From Nibricoccus sp. (GTDB taxonomy: Bacteria > Verrucomicrobiota > Verrucomicrobiia > Opitutales > Opitutaceae): 64,000 nucleotides of DNA. Under the pieces are notes generated by a model, which saw nothing but the letters and a program-made list of their open reading frames with translations, made no database searches and had not been told where the DNA came from. Each line of letters begins with the position of its first letter. The stretch's first letter is position 1. Of the stretch, positions 62,580 to 64,000 are shown piece by piece. Both the position numbers and the translations under genes were made by a program. The stretch covers positions 3,584,001 through 3,648,000 of the forward strand of contig JASGHG010000001.1 in NCBI GenBank assembly GCA_047602425.1, read 5' to 3'.

Positions 62580-62894
62580 GCGGCCGGAGTACCGATCGCT
62601 TTCGGCATCGTTCTCCTGGACGAAGACGGAGTACTGGTTTCAGCCAGGAAAATAGACTTGGACTGAAAAAGAGTACTCGAAGGCCGTGGAGGAATTCTCC
62701 CTGACCGAAATGGGATACTCCTGAGCGCCCGAGTGGTATGGGTTGTTTCCACAACCGTAGACCATATCCTGAAAGGCGTACGCATTTCAGCCGAAGCAGT
62801 ACAGCGATGTCCGAAGGGAGTACGCGCGCGGGAACACCCAGTAGAAGCCAGGACGCAGGTGGTATTCGGGCGAGGGCAGGGAATACGCTGGATT
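62580..62894. repeat. Cryptic 21-bp-period array, 15 units with an R-T-W core
   Basis: T at 62590+21k for k=0..14; cores GTA x10, ATA x3, GTT, ATT. Confidence 0.85.
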
Positions 62895-63135
62895 GGATTT
62901 GGCGATCTGCGATTTCTTTGCCGAGTGGGGCGGCCGGTTCACGGGGTTTTGGTCAATCATGATTGGTTAACCATTGTCCTCAGGAGGATGCCGAAAAAGA
63001 CGCTGGGTGTGCAAAAATTCAGAGGGTGGGTCCGTAAATGTCCCACCCTCCCTGATAAGATGGTTGTATCACGATTCAGAAAGCAACTGGCCAATCCCGG
63101 CCGGCCGGAGGATCGAAAAATAAAATACAAAACAT

Positions 63136-63520
63136 ATGCCACGTCTAAAACGCACCCTGTCCAAGGACATTCAAAACGCCGCTGCCCGTGCGGCCGGAAT
63201 CGAGTCGATCGATCCCTCACTCGATCTTGGCAACGGCATGTCGCTTGAGGCCTTCAAAACCACGATCGAGGACGCCCGCGCGAAGCAAGCGGCCTACAAC
63301 ACCCTGCTTTCGCAGGCCGATGAAGCGAAGAACATCTTCGAGCTGGCTGAGCAAAGTACGAAGGACTTCTCGGAGCGCATGCTCGCCGCGATCGCCGCTA
63401 AGCACGGCTCGCAACAGCAATGAATACGAACAAGCCGGAGGCACCCGCCGTTCCGAGCGCAAGCGCAGCACCCGTGTCGCTGCTGCCACTGCGACCACCG
63501 CGTCAGAAAAAGCAGCCTAA
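63136..63520 (+). CDS. Small helical protein with basic tail, +1 frameshift near 63409
   Basis: IDPSLDLGNG...YN..L continues as KHG|RNSNEYEQAGGTRRSERKRS in the next frame; terminator follows. Confidence 0.75.
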
Positions 63521-63544
63521 CGGAGATCTAGAATCAGTAACCAC

Positions 63545-63573
63545 AAGCCGGAGCGGACACGCTCCGGCTTTTT
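63545..63573 (+). terminator. Rho-independent terminator
   Basis: AAGCCGGAGCG-gaca-CGCTCCGGCTT plus T-tract. Confidence 0.85.
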
Positions 63574-64000
63574 ATTTCTGTGGATGGATACGATCTGGAA
63601 AAGAGAGATGTTGCGACCAACGCCGAATCATTAGCTAACGACTAAAAACTGAAAAATTTTATCCCTTTTCGGCTTCCTTCTCCAAACCTGACTCGTTTTT
63701 ATATTCTGGTATCTTTTGAATGGTTGTGACGGAATCATGCACGGTAGAGGTTTTTACCTTCATGTTTTATCCAATATGCATATACCGCTTGCTTTCCTCC
63801 AATTTCAGCCGTCCCTTTAGAATAGTCGGGATTGTATATCGATGGCTGAGGGTAGTGGACACTGCACTCCTTTTGAGAAGCGTAGAGGCACATTGCTGCT
63901 GAAATGGGCTTCGGACCAAAAGGTGCGAACGATAGTTTGGTGCTGGTTTCAGACGCCAACACGGTAATCCGATTAAACGCTGAATTTAAATCTATCGTAG

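Noticed and set aside
62580..62894. CRISPR interpretation of the periodic array
   Set aside because: Period is only 21 bp with a 3-6 bp conserved core; no repeat-spacer structure and no cas genes
63720..63962. Short ORFs in the AT-rich window end
   Set aside because: No motifs; may be the 3' part of a gene extending beyond the window, so it cannot be called

Overview
GC-rich bacterial chromosome segment. Gene content and protein style suggest Verrucomicrobiota (Opitutales-like); this is an inference. In order: rpsO with a structured leader; DciA/DUF721; an LPS/glycan cluster (GT2s, GT9, methyltransferase-GT2 fusion, gmd, MsbA-like ABC exporter); oppBC; a short YidC; a sugar porter/DUF5107-TPR/AraC locus; cysE; tRNA-Leu(GAG); an RGG-rich protein; gluQ/LOG/NUDIX/DUF1643/rlmN; GH97; a serine hydrolase; dnaK-groES-groEL behind a sigma54-like promoter; an orphan pduS-pduT pair; a sulfur cluster (yezD, porin, sbp, M14 peptidase, cysTWA, cysK, hybrid kinase, Rrf2, ssuABC-like); an ECF sigma/Ser-Thr kinase module; a lipoprotein; and a small basic-tailed protein. 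Most notable signals: (1) five sulfur-related proteins end in Ile, three with CysK-docking-like tails, whereas none of the other called proteins do, suggesting a CysK hub; (2) a 15-unit, exactly 21-bp-phased RTA array upstream of the small basic protein; (3) one Ig-like domain reused on a kinase, a peptidase and a free secreted protein in one ECF operon; (4) a dispersed GTCAT-N7-ATGAC palindrome found in-frame inside a gene and in intergenic DNA. Four genes carry single +1 frameshifts, probably sequencing errors. Family names come from motif recognition by eye, not database searches.
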